Shown: positions 9,790 through 19,967 of the stretch, piece by piece
Numbering within the stretch: position 1 is the stretch's first letter
How the letters are laid out: each line of letters begins with the position of its first letter
Program-made: the position numbers and the translations under genes
The notes under the pieces: generated by a model
The model's input: only the letters and a program-made list of their open reading frames with translations
The model's database searches: none
Told to the model about the DNA's origin: nothing
IMG/VR virus record: IMGVR_UViG_3300036760_001400
DNA from: an uncultured virus (IMG/VR IMGVR_UViG_3300036760_001400)
Lineage: Duplodnaviria; Heunggongvirae; Uroviricota; Caudoviricetes
Length of the DNA stretch: 64,000 nt
Direction: 5' to 3' (one strand)

Positions 9790-10260
9790 TTACGCGAGGA
9801 CCCGGTTGGCAAAGCCAACGATCGCCATTCCGCCGGCCACAACGCCCATCCCGTTGGCAAGGTTCTTCAGGTTGCCCTTCAGGAAGTAGGCGCCGCCGAG
9901 GAGGGCAGCCGCCGCAATGAAGCTGCTCCATTGCGCCATGGGCGAATCACCGAAGTATCCCATGCTCTCGGTGTCGGGGATCCGGACCGTGCCCATGCTC
10001 TCGGTGTCGGGGATGCGAACGGTCCCGAAATCGGAGAGGGGGTTCGAAGCGTAGTCTCCGCGCACGACGCCGGGGAACATGACATTGTCCATACCGAAAA
10101 GCTCCTCAGAACTCCCACCATAGGGATTGTTAGGATCCTGGCACGACTCCTCAAACGCATCCGACGGGCAATACGTCATGCGTGCTCCGGGCACGCGACC
10201 TCCCCTGGGGTGCGTCTGACCCAGGTTCGACCACACGGGGGTTACATCGTTGACAACCAT
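9790..10260 (-). CDS. putative virion membrane protein with tandem TVRIPDTESMG repeat
   Basis: 33-nt tandem repeat at about 9960-10026; two C-terminal hydrophobic helices. Confidence 0.65.
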   Translation of the reverse strand: MVVNDVTPVWSNLGQTHPRGGRVPGARMTYCPSDAFEESCQDPNNPYGGSSEELFGMDNVMFPGVVRGDYASNPLSDFGTVRIPDTESMGTVRIPDTESMGYFGDSPMAQWSSFIAAAALLGGAYFLKGNLKNLANGMGVVAGGMAIVGFANRVLA

Positions 10261-10289
10261 GACGCTTCTCCTAGAAAACAGAAATACAG

Positions 10290-10493
10290 TCAATAACCGC
10301 AACAAGACTCATTTTCGTCATGCTTCTTCTTGGTCTCCGCGATCAGGAGATCAATGTACTTCTTCAGCGCGCTTTCCTGCTCCCCGCTGAGCTTCCCGCT
10401 CTTGAGAAGGAGGAAAAGCTCGCTGATCTCAGTTCGGATCTTGTCTTCAGCCTCCACGCTTGCCTGAACCGTACGCCTGAGTGCGGTAGCCAT
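10290..10493 (-). CDS. hypothetical protein
   Basis: TAATG coupling to the upstream gene. Confidence 0.5.
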   Translation of the reverse strand: MATALRRTVQASVEAEDKIRTEISELFLLLKSGKLSGEQESALKKYIDLLIAETKKKHDENESCCGY

Positions 10494-10747
10494 TAGCGGC
10501 CCCCTTCCTTATCCTTGTCAAACTCGTTACGGAGTGTCCGTAGAAGCGCCAACTGAGCCTCCGTAAACTGTTTTCGGTCTTCCTGACATTTCTGAAGATC
10601 CTTGTACAGTTTCGCGATCACCCCTCCAAGGGTAAGGATGAAACCAGCCATGGCCGTAATAATGATCCACGAGTAGTTATTAAGGTCAGGCTTCTTAGAC
10701 TCCCCATCTACAATGAAAGCAAATATCGTACCAAAGATGTAAGACAT
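10493..10747 (-). CDS. small membrane protein with coiled-coil tail
   Basis: TM WIIITAMAGFILTLGGVIAKL followed by a heptad-like helix. Confidence 0.55.
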   Translation of the reverse strand: MSYIFGTIFAFIVDGESKKPDLNNYSWIIITAMAGFILTLGGVIAKLYKDLQKCQEDRKQFTEAQLALLRTLRNEFDKDKEGGR

Positions 10748-10749
10748 TG

Positions 10750-11112
10750 TTATTCCTCATCTTCCTCTTCCCCGGCGTCATCCTCTAGATCCTCATCCTC
10801 GACGCCTTCTTCAGCATCATCAAGATCACCATCCTGACCGTCATCATCTTCATCGAAATCATCTTCCTCTTCATCATCGATATCGTCGAGATCATCGAAA
10901 TCCCTGCTCTTATTCGAAGAGGCAGAAGAGAGTGCCCAAGCCAGGATCCCAAGCCCCCCAAGGCCAAGAATGATGGCAAGGGGCATGGGCACCCCAAAAA
11001 CATTGGGGGGCTGAGGAGCCTGCTGGAGCGATGAAAGCGGAAGGGCTTGGATCGGGAGATTGATTCCGGACTCATCTTCCATGCTGTTACCGTAGTCCCT
11101 GAACATAGTCAT
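10750..11112 (-). CDS. membrane protein with poly-acidic tail
   Basis: single TM then about 45 mostly D/E residues. Confidence 0.65.
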   Translation of the reverse strand: MTMFRDYGNSMEDESGINLPIQALPLSSLQQAPQPPNVFGVPMPLAIILGLGGLGILAWALSSASSNKSRDFDDLDDIDDEEEDDFDEDDDGQDGDLDDAEEGVEDEDLEDDAGEEEDEE

Positions 11113-11154
11113 CTTTCGTCCCCAAAAAAAATGGGACCTATGGAATTATACACG

Positions 11155-11856
11155 CTAAGGCTTAGAAAGGGCACTTCCAGCTGAGTGAACAAGGCCGATG
11201 GTTCCGATACCGCCCATGATGAGGGCAATGACGCCAAGCCCCTGCCTGAGCATCTTATCCTTCACCATGGGAGCCCCAAAAAATCCAAGCGCAGCCCCGA
11301 TACCGGTCATGAGAACGGAATCGATGAGCATCTCCTTGGGGCTGCATGGAAGAGCGGGTGCAGCCTGCCCCATGAACGGTCCAGGGTACGCCTGGTAAGC
11401 CACTTCAGAAGGATCTCTGTAGAACATCAGGGGGTCATCACCCGACATCCCACCATACTTCCAATACTGGGCGGGACCACGATAACCAGAACGGGAACGG
11501 AGAATCTGGTCTCCACGATCCTGGATCCTGGGGATCCGGTCTTCAAAATCGATGTTCTGAGTGTCTGCGGGAGCGGGATAGACTCCAGGAAAGACGTTTG
11601 TCGCTTCGGGCCCAAGGGGTGTAAGGGGCGTGATTTCCCCCTCATTCATGAGAACCTGCTCCCCGGGGTTAACCCAGGAAGTCTTGATTCCCATAGGCAG
11701 CCCGTCATAGGGCGCCAACGAAGGCCGCATCCCAGCTTTTCTAAGTGCCGCTTCCGTTGAATACTGGTTAACATCATTCTCAACTCTAAGCTGTCCGAAT
11801 GATGCCGTGCCTTCAGAAATACGAATCATTTGATCATGTTCCTTTCGTGAGGGCAC
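11155..11856 (-). CDS. putative virion membrane protein
   Basis: SFGQ and FMGQ motifs; two C-terminal TMs. Confidence 0.6.
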   Translation of the reverse strand: MPSRKEHDQMIRISEGTASFGQLRVENDVNQYSTEAALRKAGMRPSLAPYDGLPMGIKTSWVNPGEQVLMNEGEITPLTPLGPEATNVFPGVYPAPADTQNIDFEDRIPRIQDRGDQILRSRSGYRGPAQYWKYGGMSGDDPLMFYRDPSEVAYQAYPGPFMGQAAPALPCSPKEMLIDSVLMTGIGAALGFFGAPMVKDKMLRQGLGVIALIMGGIGTIGLVHSAGSALSKP

Positions 11857-11961
11857 TGCCCATAGAAACCTCTAGCAAGATTGCAATTATGGCAGAGTAC
11901 CCGAAATTCACTCGGGCTGTATCAAGCCTTAAGCTCTTCTCAGACTCTGTAAGATACCAGA

Positions 11962-12231
11962 TCACGCTAACCTTCTCAGTCTTGCCTGGTGGATGACAAC
12001 GCCCATGACTAATGTACGCGCGTCCTGGATCAAATTATCCGCGTACCTCTTGATCGTCTTGTTTGACGTACGGGCCGCAACCACCGAGGCCTGCACAACC
12101 GCCGTCATCGCCCTTGAAACCCCAAGCCTGAGATCCCCTCTCAAAGCCGCGCTCTTAGCCAGTGTCATGGTCTTCCTGGCCATGGCCAGTGTCTGCCTCT
12201 CAACGAGAAGGGGAGATATCCCTAAGTTCAA
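11962..12231 (-). CDS. hypothetical basic helical protein
   Basis: TTGA-coupled ORF. Confidence 0.5.
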   Translation of the reverse strand: MNLGISPLLVERQTLAMARKTMTLAKSAALRGDLRLGVSRAMTAVVQASVVAARTSNKTIKRYADNLIQDARTLVMGVVIHQARLRRLA

Positions 12232-12737
12232 GAGACGCCACCCTTCTTGAGCTTCTTCAAGAAAGCAGCCGCACCCTTCTTACGGGTATCCTGGGCTTTA
12301 TGAAACGATTTCTCATGATGGATCATGGACTTGGCCGCTACGGCCTTCATGACGTGCTTGATCCCCTCGGTCGACTTCGAGATGACCGTATCCATATCCG
12401 CTACAACCGCCTGTGGAATCGGCAGGTGCTCGACCTTGGATGTGAAGATGACATTGGTCGCAATAGCTGCCGCCTTGAAATAGCTCTCGATCGACGAATG
12501 CCACTCCATCTTCGAGAAATGCTTCTGAGCATTCATGAGAAGCCTGCAGGCAAGCTCAGCTTCCCGGACAAGGACAAGAGGATCCGCATGACCAAGGCCG
12601 TTCATCCTGACCAAGGTCTTGGCCGCAGGCCCTCGAGACGCCGGCTTTTTAAGGGAACGAACATCCCTTCTTCCCTTGGCAAGAAGGCCGCGGGAGCGGG
12701 CAAGGTCCTGAAGCATGACAAGAGCTTTCGCGTTCAT
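12228..12737 (-). CDS. hypothetical basic protein
   Basis: MNGLG motif; ATGA coupling. Confidence 0.55.
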   Translation of the reverse strand: MNAKALVMLQDLARSRGLLAKGRRDVRSLKKPASRGPAAKTLVRMNGLGHADPLVLVREAELACRLLMNAQKHFSKMEWHSSIESYFKAAAIATNVIFTSKVEHLPIPQAVVADMDTVISKSTEGIKHVMKAVAAKSMIHHEKSFHKAQDTRKKGAAAFLKKLKKGGVS

Positions 12738-13114
12738 GCCGATCTTACCTTGAAATCACAGTCCGTGACATACTCCTCGAGACCCGCCGAGATGATCTCG
12801 CTCATGAGCCCGGAGAGCTCTTCTGAGGTCGCGTCAGCGAGGGACTCGATCTGATCGCCGTACATATTAAGGGCGACATCCTCAAGGGAGGTTTTAGGAA
12901 TCTCGACCACAAACCCCTGCTTCGAAGGGGTAACGGTAAAATCATCCGCCTCGCCCAGGTGCTCTTCCAATCCATCCATGATGACCCGCTCGAGAAGCTG
13001 CCCCAAGGCCTTCGGGCTCGTGCCCTGGATCGATTCGAAGCCGCCCAGGTTAAGGGCCAGGTCCTCCATGGTTTGACGGGGAACTTCAACCATGAAAGTA
13101 AAGGTTTCGCTCAT
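12734..13114 (-). CDS. acidic protein with an internal duplication
   Basis: FMVEVPRQTMEDLALN...GLEEH versus FVVEIPKTSLEDVALN...GLEEY. Confidence 0.6.
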   Translation of the reverse strand: MSETFTFMVEVPRQTMEDLALNLGGFESIQGTSPKALGQLLERVIMDGLEEHLGEADDFTVTPSKQGFVVEIPKTSLEDVALNMYGDQIESLADATSEELSGLMSEIISAGLEEYVTDCDFKVRSA

Positions 13115-13299
13115 ACCTCGACCTTTCCGCTAAAAAGCTTCTCCACCTGATTGATCCTGAGTTTCACCTTCTCAATCGTGCCTTGCACAAGGGGGCCCGT
13201 CATCTGAGCCATCGTGAGAAGATCGGTTATATCCTTGGAAACCTCTCCAAGGAGACATTTTGCATCCTCAACCCTGTCGTTGAAATCAGACATGTTCAC
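13111..13299 (-). CDS. hypothetical protein
   Basis: translationally coupled on both sides. Confidence 0.5.
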   Translation of the reverse strand: MNMSDFNDRVEDAKCLLGEVSKDITDLLTMAQMTGPLVQGTIEKVKLRINQVEKLFSGKVEV

Positions 13300-13901
13300 C
13301 GGCGTTTCCTTCCGGTAAAGAACTCAAACTCCTTAGGGCTTCCATCTTCTTTGGAAGCGCCTCCAGTAAAGACAGCCGCTATCGCTTTCAAAGACTCCTT
13401 CACTTCCCTCAGATGCCCTTCAAGCACCTTGATATCAAGGGACCCATTCATCGAGTCCATCGTTGAACGGACCTTGTGTGCAATCGTTTCAACATCACCC
13501 GCCATTCCCTTGGCGCGAGTAACGATTTCCTCTACATTATTAGCGATCGGAATCGCTTTGTCCATAATTGACTTTGCATTCTCAAGAAGATGGGGAGCTT
13601 TCTCCTGGGCGGTCTTAAGACCATCGACCGCATAGGAAAGACGTTCCGCCTGCTCAACTCCAAGGTAATAGCCCTTGACGGAAAGCCGGATCAGGGTCGT
13701 AAAGGCCGGGAAACTGTAGGCAAAGGCTCCTACGATGACAATGACATGGAAGAGCTTCTCTGGTGAAGGAGGGGTCAGCCTCCAATAAAGGACTGCTGAA
13801 GTAAGAGCCACGATGATTCCGAAAGCGAATGCGATCACCATGAATCTTGTCTGCTGACGAACAGCCTTCTCATAGACACTTCCAACTTGGACGCTTTCCA
13901 T
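13296..13901 (-). CDS. two-TM membrane protein with coiled coil
   Basis: two hydrophobic helices then an amphipathic helix. Confidence 0.6.
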   Translation of the reverse strand: MESVQVGSVYEKAVRQQTRFMVIAFAFGIIVALTSAVLYWRLTPPSPEKLFHVIVIVGAFAYSFPAFTTLIRLSVKGYYLGVEQAERLSYAVDGLKTAQEKAPHLLENAKSIMDKAIPIANNVEEIVTRAKGMAGDVETIAHKVRSTMDSMNGSLDIKVLEGHLREVKESLKAIAAVFTGGASKEDGSPKEFEFFTGRKRR

Positions 13902-13910
13902 CCGTCCCTC

Positions 13911-14453
13911 CTAAGCCACAGGCTTCTTTGAAAGATACTGATACAGAAAGTAGCCGCCTACAGCGACGGCCCCAAGAAGAATGATCGAGCCCATATCAAC
14001 ACCACCATCAGACATAGGCGGACCTTCTCCTGGAGCGGTCCCATGGAATATGAAAGAAGTACTCTTATTCCAGTCCCAACTGTTCTTGAAAAGGTACGCA
14101 AACGCTCCAACGGAAATCTGAAACGGAGTAACCACGGCATACGGAGGCGAGTATCCAGGAGCGGAAATAGTTATCTGGGATCCTTCTTTAAGATCAAAAT
14201 AGACTCGCCCTGCCGAATCCGTCATTTTTACAAGGCTTCCACCCTGAGGATTGGCGAGAAGAATTTTACCCGTAGCGTCATAGACGCTTACCTGAGCGCC
14301 AGCAACCGGAGTACCATCTGCCTTCTTGAGAATAGCAGATACCCGGTAAGGCAGTCCCATGACCTCGGGTGGGTTCTCAGGATACTGCATGCCTTGATCC
14401 ACCTGAGCCAGATCATCGATCTGGGCCAGCGACAGGTGCTCGGAAACCATCAT
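13911..14453 (-). CDS. membrane-anchored protein with carboxypeptidase-regulatory-like beta domain
   Basis: DGTPVAGAQVSV...TDSAGR...ISAPGY pattern; C-terminal TM. Confidence 0.6.
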   Translation of the reverse strand: MMVSEHLSLAQIDDLAQVDQGMQYPENPPEVMGLPYRVSAILKKADGTPVAGAQVSVYDATGKILLANPQGGSLVKMTDSAGRVYFDLKEGSQITISAPGYSPPYAVVTPFQISVGAFAYLFKNSWDWNKSTSFIFHGTAPGEGPPMSDGGVDMGSIILLGAVAVGGYFLYQYLSKKPVA

Positions 14454-14455
14454 GA

Positions 14456-14845
14456 TCAGTCCCTCTTGGGCAGAAGTTCACGAATGACAAAGACTCCAGC
14501 GATGACGAGAACGGCGATCGTGATCGAGATCTGCATCCAGTTCATGCCGGGCTTTTCGACAGAAGCCTGACCAAGGGTTTCCTTTCGACCCAGGTTATAG
14601 GCGCTCTTGACGGCATTCCTGGCCTTATCAAGCGCGTTATCTACATAGGTCTTAGCCTGGCCAGCCACCAAGGTCACCTGACCTTGAAGACGGGCACGCT
14701 CATCCTCCAGACGCTTTCCGATCACCTGGGAGAGATCCTGGATCTCACTCTCGATCTTCTCGAGGATAAAACCCTTGTCGTCCATTGGAATCTTGTACCG
14801 GTCCAAGATCTGGCCGATCTCTGTTTTCAGGGATTCCGTTTCCAT
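14456..14845 (-). CDS. coiled-coil membrane protein
   Basis: TLGQ motif; C-terminal TM. Confidence 0.6.
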   Translation of the reverse strand: METESLKTEIGQILDRYKIPMDDKGFILEKIESEIQDLSQVIGKRLEDERARLQGQVTLVAGQAKTYVDNALDKARNAVKSAYNLGRKETLGQASVEKPGMNWMQISITIAVLVIAGVFVIRELLPKRD

Positions 14846-14848
14846 GAC

Positions 14849-15403
14849 CTACCTCATATACGAAGGGCTGGGGACCTGGCTTGCCCCGTAGTAACGGCTG
14901 GTCAGCTGCTTCAAGAAACGCCTGGAGTAGCCGTACATGGGCTCGTCCGGATACCACTCATCAGCGGCCCCGAGAAGAAATGACCCAGGTATAGGACCTG
15001 GAATAGCAGGATGAGGAACAATCGTACCAGACGGTATCTCCTGCGGTACCGCCGCCTTCTTCTGGAACCCCTGGATGATGTCCCAAAGGCCGATCAGCCC
15101 GATTGCCCCAGCCGCCAGCTTGATCAGCACATCAGACTGTCCCTTGAATCCAAGACCCTTCCAGGCCACCAGGCTTCCAAGTCCGACCATGGAAGCGTTC
15201 TTCACGTTGATCGGAGGGCACGTGCATCCCTCATCCCCGAGACCGAAGATATCCTCGCTCTCAGCGAAAGGGTAGGCGTACCTGACATTCCCTTCCTCGT
15301 GATGCGGGACACCGAGTCCGAACAAATCACACCTCCGCTCATCCATACCCGTCACGACCGCAATGTTCCCTCGGCCGTGAGTGGGAGTCGTCTGCCCGAT
15401 CAC
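14849..15403 (-). CDS. putative virion membrane protein
   Basis: two FGLG motifs; hydrophobic hairpin. Confidence 0.55.
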   Translation of the reverse strand: MIGQTTPTHGRGNIAVVTGMDERRCDLFGLGVPHHEEGNVRYAYPFAESEDIFGLGDEGCTCPPINVKNASMVGLGSLVAWKGLGFKGQSDVLIKLAAGAIGLIGLWDIIQGFQKKAAVPQEIPSGTIVPHPAIPGPIPGSFLLGAADEWYPDEPMYGYSRRFLKQLTSRYYGASQVPSPSYMR

Positions 15404-15780
15404 TTCTTTCCCCTACACCGAAGGGCCTTCGTCCTTGTAAAAGTCGCGATCTCCATTCGCGCCTTCTGCATGAAGTCGTATCCCAAGATGGCCTTGATTC
15501 CGGTGCCCGGGAAGATGTTCCCTTTCCCGAAGATCCAGACCATCATGGGTCCGCTCTTGCAGAGCCTGGAACCGGGTACCGAGATCGAGGAAACGCGGCC
15601 CACCAGCACGACAGCGCGTCCGGCTCCTTTGACGGACACCTCCCCAAATACAGGAGTCCCGATCTTCTTGGCCACCTCTTGAGGAATGAGGCTCATCTCA
15701 GCCCCGGTATCAATCAGGGTTGCCACGGTCTGACGACCCCTGGGGCCAACGAAAGTGACCGGGACGACCAGTGAAGCCAT
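15400..15780 (-). CDS. retropepsin-like aspartic protease
   Basis: LIDTGAEMSLI catalytic motif and ILGYDFM motif. Confidence 0.88.
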   Translation of the reverse strand: MASLVVPVTFVGPRGRQTVATLIDTGAEMSLIPQEVAKKIGTPVFGEVSVKGAGRAVVLVGRVSSISVPGSRLCKSGPMMVWIFGKGNIFPGTGIKAILGYDFMQKARMEIATFTRTKALRCRGKK

Positions 15781-15782
15781 CT

Positions 15783-16061
15783 TTAGAAGACGTCTTCCTC
15801 GTCAACATCATCCCCTTCAGGCCTCGCGTTTCTTTCAACGGCTTCCGTGACCTCTTCCTCGACAGGATTATAGGCAGGAGCCACGATGGCCTCGTATCCA
15901 CCGCTGGGAGATACCGTGACGCCACGATTGCCCTTCTGACCCCTGTACCCAAGACCCTTGAGGGGAGTAGAGGGAGCAGGGGCTGCGTTACCCTTCCAGA
16001 TGAAGTAAGCGATAGTGGCTACAACACCGCCTACAGCCACCCACAACCAGTTGATCTTCAT
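15783..16061 (-). CDS. small membrane protein
   Basis: N-terminal TM; KGLG motif; acidic tail. Confidence 0.6.
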   Translation of the reverse strand: MKINWLWVAVGGVVATIAYFIWKGNAAPAPSTPLKGLGYRGQKGNRGVTVSPSGGYEAIVAPAYNPVEEEVTEAVERNARPEGDDVDEEDVF

Positions 16062-16070
16062 AGTTCCCTC

Positions 16071-16496
16071 TTACCACAGGCCGAGGTGACGGCCCATGTA
16101 GATCATCTCGATGTCGCCGAAACCGGCCGCGGTCTTGAGCACGGCCTCTCCGCGAACAGCCTTGATGATTTCATGGGCACGACGAATGACGGCCGACTTT
16201 CCGGCCGCTCTACCCTTGTTCTCAGCCTGGCGGGCCCAGGCGATGGCGAGGGGCTTCTTGCCCTCGGCCAGCATCTTCTCGGCGATCTCGAGCGCACGCT
16301 CGGCGGTCGGCCCAGGAAGGGCGCGGACGCCACGGGATACGGGAGCGTGAGTCATGCGCTTCTTCCGGTGCTTCTTGGCCTTCTTGGCTACCCCAAGAGC
16401 ATTCCTGAGATCCATGAGTCCAGCCATCTTCCTACGGCGACGCTGAATACCCCTTCTCCCGGACAGCAGCCCGGAGATTTCCATGATGGACGGCAT
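16071..16496 (-). CDS. basic (Arg/Lys-rich) protein
   Basis: RRRRK and KKAKKHRKKR tracts; GGAGG SD. Confidence 0.6.
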   Translation of the reverse strand: MPSIMEISGLLSGRRGIQRRRRKMAGLMDLRNALGVAKKAKKHRKKRMTHAPVSRGVRALPGPTAERALEIAEKMLAEGKKPLAIAWARQAENKGRAAGKSAVIRRAHEIIKAVRGEAVLKTAAGFGDIEMIYMGRHLGLW

Positions 16497-16499
16497 ATT

Positions 16500-19400
16500 C
16501 TACCTCCAGAACGAGAATCCAATGAGCCCAGGCGGGACAGACTGTCCACGCTCCCTGGCGCGCTCGATCTTCTTCTTGATACGGCTTTCAGCCTGGACAT
16601 TCCCTTCAGCCCTGGCTTTCTCGAGGTCATTAGCTGCCTGCTCAAGGTCGATGGGCGCTCCGCGACCTTTGAGCTTCCTATCACTGTCGTCACCACCACC
16701 GGCAGGACGACCCCGCTTCCCCTTACCCTTCTTTCCAACCCAGGGAGCAAGGCTTACGACAGTCTTAAAGCCGGAGGTAAAAGTTCTCATGACCTCGGTA
16801 ATGGCTGGAAAGAGCTTCCCGCCATAAAAAACCATGGCAATGGCGAGGGCTGTCCAAAAGAGACCGCCCATACCCCCGCTAGAAGCACCGCCTTCCCCAG
16901 CCTTATCTCCAATCTTTGGGGATGGAAGAAGGCCAAAAATCCACTTGAACCCGTTGGCGACCCAGGTGATCGGATTGTAATCCCTGACACTTTCCGGAAG
17001 AATATACCAAGCGAGACCTGCAGCAATCCAGAAGGGGCCGACCAAAAGGGGTCCAACCAGGATAAGGGCAATCCCCGCTCCGACAGCCCCCTTCTTTCCA
17101 AGCTCGGTGACCGTATCGATCGAGAACTTGAAGTACGCCTTGACCATTCCAGCGACCTTGATTCTTACCCGATTCAGCGTCATTTCCTGGAGAGCTGACT
17201 CGACCGCCTGCTGGGCAGACGTTACCTCGAGCGTCGCTTTCCTGACGTTCTCCATGGCATTTCGGACGATTTCCATCGAGATCTCGCCCGTCTGGATCTT
17301 GGCCTGAGCTTCAAGGGTCGTATACAACTTAAGAGTGGCTACATACCCCGTAAGAGCATCGATTGCACTCTTGAGAGTAGAGCCGAGTCCTTTGTTCTTA
17401 TCGAGCGACATGACCACAACATAGTCCAGCTTGGAATTCTGCCCGGAGATCGTGCTGTAAATATCATTAGCCCGCTTGACCGTGGATTCAGCAATCGCCT
17501 GGATACCTTTGGCTGTATCCACCTGCTCTTGGGTCACCGGAGCTGTTTCTCCACGCCCCTTAGCCGCTTTGATGACATCGTCGTAGCTGACAATAGCTCT
17601 CGAGTAGTTGCTGACCATCCGCTCAGGAGAGCCTTTGATCGCAAAGACGCCAAGCAGCGTTTCATACAGGTCCCGCTCAGCTTCTTTCCGTTTCTTTTCA
17701 GAGGGGTCAAAGGTAAAGGAGTACTCTTCGGTCCTCCCTCCCCCAATATCCCTTACCCGAGTGGTTCGGGTGTTTGAAATTTCATCATTGAGCTTGTCAA
17801 TCCTGGCCTGGAGCTTGGATGAGAAGGCATCTTCATCGACCCCAAGATGCGTGGTAAGAGCGTCTCCGATCCCGACAATGGTGCCGTCACTGAAGAGGTC
17901 AGATTCAACCGCAGACTCAAAAATATTCATCAGGATAGTATCCTGAAGCTTTGGATCATCCATCAGGCCCCTTGCCATGATGTTGGTGACGATCTCTTCG
18001 TAATCGTTTTCTCCCTTTGGACGATTTTCGATTACGGTAAAGGCTTCGGTAAAAGCCTTGGCAACAAGCTCTCCGGCATCTTCTCGCATTTTCTTGAAGG
18101 CCGGAAGGCACCACTCATTGCCCGGCTTCGACCAATCACTTGGAGGAACTACACGTCCATCAGCATCCTTGACGATGCCGGAGAACCCAAGGTCAGCCTG
18201 ATTAAGGAAGTCAACAAACTGATCAAGCCCCTTTCGAAGCCCGGTTTCAGGGGCAAAATCCACGATCCTAATCGCATTACGCCCACTCTCTCTCGAAGCC
18301 CTGTCAGTTTCAGAAATGCCGGCTACCGATCGGTGGGCTTCCATGATGGGATTTTGGATCACGTCAATCGGAGGAGCCATCTCGATTGAAGGATTATCCT
18401 TGATAATCTGAATGGCTACATTCTTTAAGGTAGACAGCTTTTTCCGAATTATCGCCGCCGCATCTCCAGTACCAAGATCCTTAGCCAACGTCTTCTGCTG
18501 GGACAGGATATCGTTCTTAAGATTATCCTGAAGCTTCTTCCGATTCCCGAATCCGGCTGCCATTATCGAAAGAAGGGATGGGGTGAGGATAGTGGGGATC
18601 TGACCAGATCCACCCATTCCTTCAATACATTCCATGTCAGAGTTCAAAAGAATGGACTTGATGTCTGAACGGATAGACAGGCACCGATCCGCGTTGACCT
18701 TGAGCATCATTCCATAGAAAGACGAGTAGGTATAGAGTGATCCAGGAGAATAATCCTTAAGATCACTCGATACCCACTGGTTCTTGAAGGTATCGTAGTT
18801 CGCCTGAACGCTGACCCTAGAAAGCTGGTAACTCGAAATGAGCGCCGCTACCTGAGAAGCTGCGCTCTCAGGAGAAGCACCTTGAGCTACGATCAGTTTG
18901 GTCATAGCCGCCTGGTTCTGGCTGAGCATACCGTAGGCGGTAGACGACCAGCTCACCACGTCATTAAAGATCTTGTTGGCCAGGAACCCGCTCACAGCAA
19001 GGTTCTGCTGGTTGTAGAGAGAGGCTCGAGCCAGCATAATCGACCAGTAAGCCCTCATGACGGAGCACTCGTCAGCCTTCTTCTGGAAGGCCTCAATCTT
19101 CGCTTCATCCGTAGATCCTTTGAAGGCCAAAAGATCGTTAAACAGGTCTACGGACTTGGAGAAAATGTCTCCTGAGATCCTGACTAGAATCTTGAGCTCC
19201 TTGATTCCGATTCTCCCAAAATCATAGGCCCAGCCGATCATGTCGATAGCATCAGCTGCTATGCCAAGAGCAACGGACGTCTGGACCAGGATATCATTGT
19301 AATTAGCGGACCAGGATCCAGCTTGACTGGCTCCATTCAGCGTGGCCAGCGAGAATCCAGCTTGGTCAATGGCTGTATAGAGCCAGGTAAAGTCCGTTCT

Positions 19401-19967
19401 CCAAAACTGCCCATCATCTACCTTTGGCGTAGGATAAGGATGGATGGAGTACTCAACGATCAGATAGTACTCGATCGGAACCATCTGAAAATCAGAGAGT
19501 AGCGCAGGGCTTCCAGATCCATCCGACTGGATCAAGACCTCGATATACGAACCCGCTCCTTTTCCTTCCATAACCGCCAAGCGAGTCATGGCAGGGTTAT
19601 TGTCTGTCGACGGCCTGTAAGCCACTCGGAACAGAGTGTCGGGGAAACGGTCCGAGATCACGAACATCCCAGGGTAGACATGACTCTTCGGGTCCCCTTC
19701 TTTACGAACGAACGTGAACCCGGAGAGAGACGTAGCGTATCTCCTGGCTTGTCGATACGCAACACCTTGAGTGGCAACAGTTTGCTGAGTAGAAGATGGA
19801 TTTGGAATCGCATCATCACCTAGCAGAAGAGAGCGGCGATGTCTCTTAGGGGTATTCTCCATCATTGGCCTATAACGGTCGATGGTCCCAACCGCCCTCT
19901 TCCCGTTGTAGGATCGGCCGTCGGCATCGATGATGCCGCCGTCCTCACCGATTGTAGCAGCTCTCAT
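16500..19967 (-). CDS. large helical membrane protein (1155 aa), probably structural
   Basis: long ORF with coiled-coil segments and several C-terminal hydrophobic helices. Confidence 0.7.
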   Translation of the reverse strand: MRAATIGEDGGIIDADGRSYNGKRAVGTIDRYRPMMENTPKRHRRSLLLGDDAIPNPSSTQQTVATQGVAYRQARRYATSLSGFTFVRKEGDPKSHVYPGMFVISDRFPDTLFRVAYRPSTDNNPAMTRLAVMEGKGAGSYIEVLIQSDGSGSPALLSDFQMVPIEYYLIVEYSIHPYPTPKVDDGQFWRTDFTWLYTAIDQAGFSLATLNGASQAGSWSANYNDILVQTSVALGIAADAIDMIGWAYDFGRIGIKELKILVRISGDIFSKSVDLFNDLLAFKGSTDEAKIEAFQKKADECSVMRAYWSIMLARASLYNQQNLAVSGFLANKIFNDVVSWSSTAYGMLSQNQAAMTKLIVAQGASPESAASQVAALISSYQLSRVSVQANYDTFKNQWVSSDLKDYSPGSLYTYSSFYGMMLKVNADRCLSIRSDIKSILLNSDMECIEGMGGSGQIPTILTPSLLSIMAAGFGNRKKLQDNLKNDILSQQKTLAKDLGTGDAAAIIRKKLSTLKNVAIQIIKDNPSIEMAPPIDVIQNPIMEAHRSVAGISETDRASRESGRNAIRIVDFAPETGLRKGLDQFVDFLNQADLGFSGIVKDADGRVVPPSDWSKPGNEWCLPAFKKMREDAGELVAKAFTEAFTVIENRPKGENDYEEIVTNIMARGLMDDPKLQDTILMNIFESAVESDLFSDGTIVGIGDALTTHLGVDEDAFSSKLQARIDKLNDEISNTRTTRVRDIGGGRTEEYSFTFDPSEKKRKEAERDLYETLLGVFAIKGSPERMVSNYSRAIVSYDDVIKAAKGRGETAPVTQEQVDTAKGIQAIAESTVKRANDIYSTISGQNSKLDYVVVMSLDKNKGLGSTLKSAIDALTGYVATLKLYTTLEAQAKIQTGEISMEIVRNAMENVRKATLEVTSAQQAVESALQEMTLNRVRIKVAGMVKAYFKFSIDTVTELGKKGAVGAGIALILVGPLLVGPFWIAAGLAWYILPESVRDYNPITWVANGFKWIFGLLPSPKIGDKAGEGGASSGGMGGLFWTALAIAMVFYGGKLFPAITEVMRTFTSGFKTVVSLAPWVGKKGKGKRGRPAGGGDDSDRKLKGRGAPIDLEQAANDLEKARAEGNVQAESRIKKKIERARERGQSVPPGLIGFSFWR

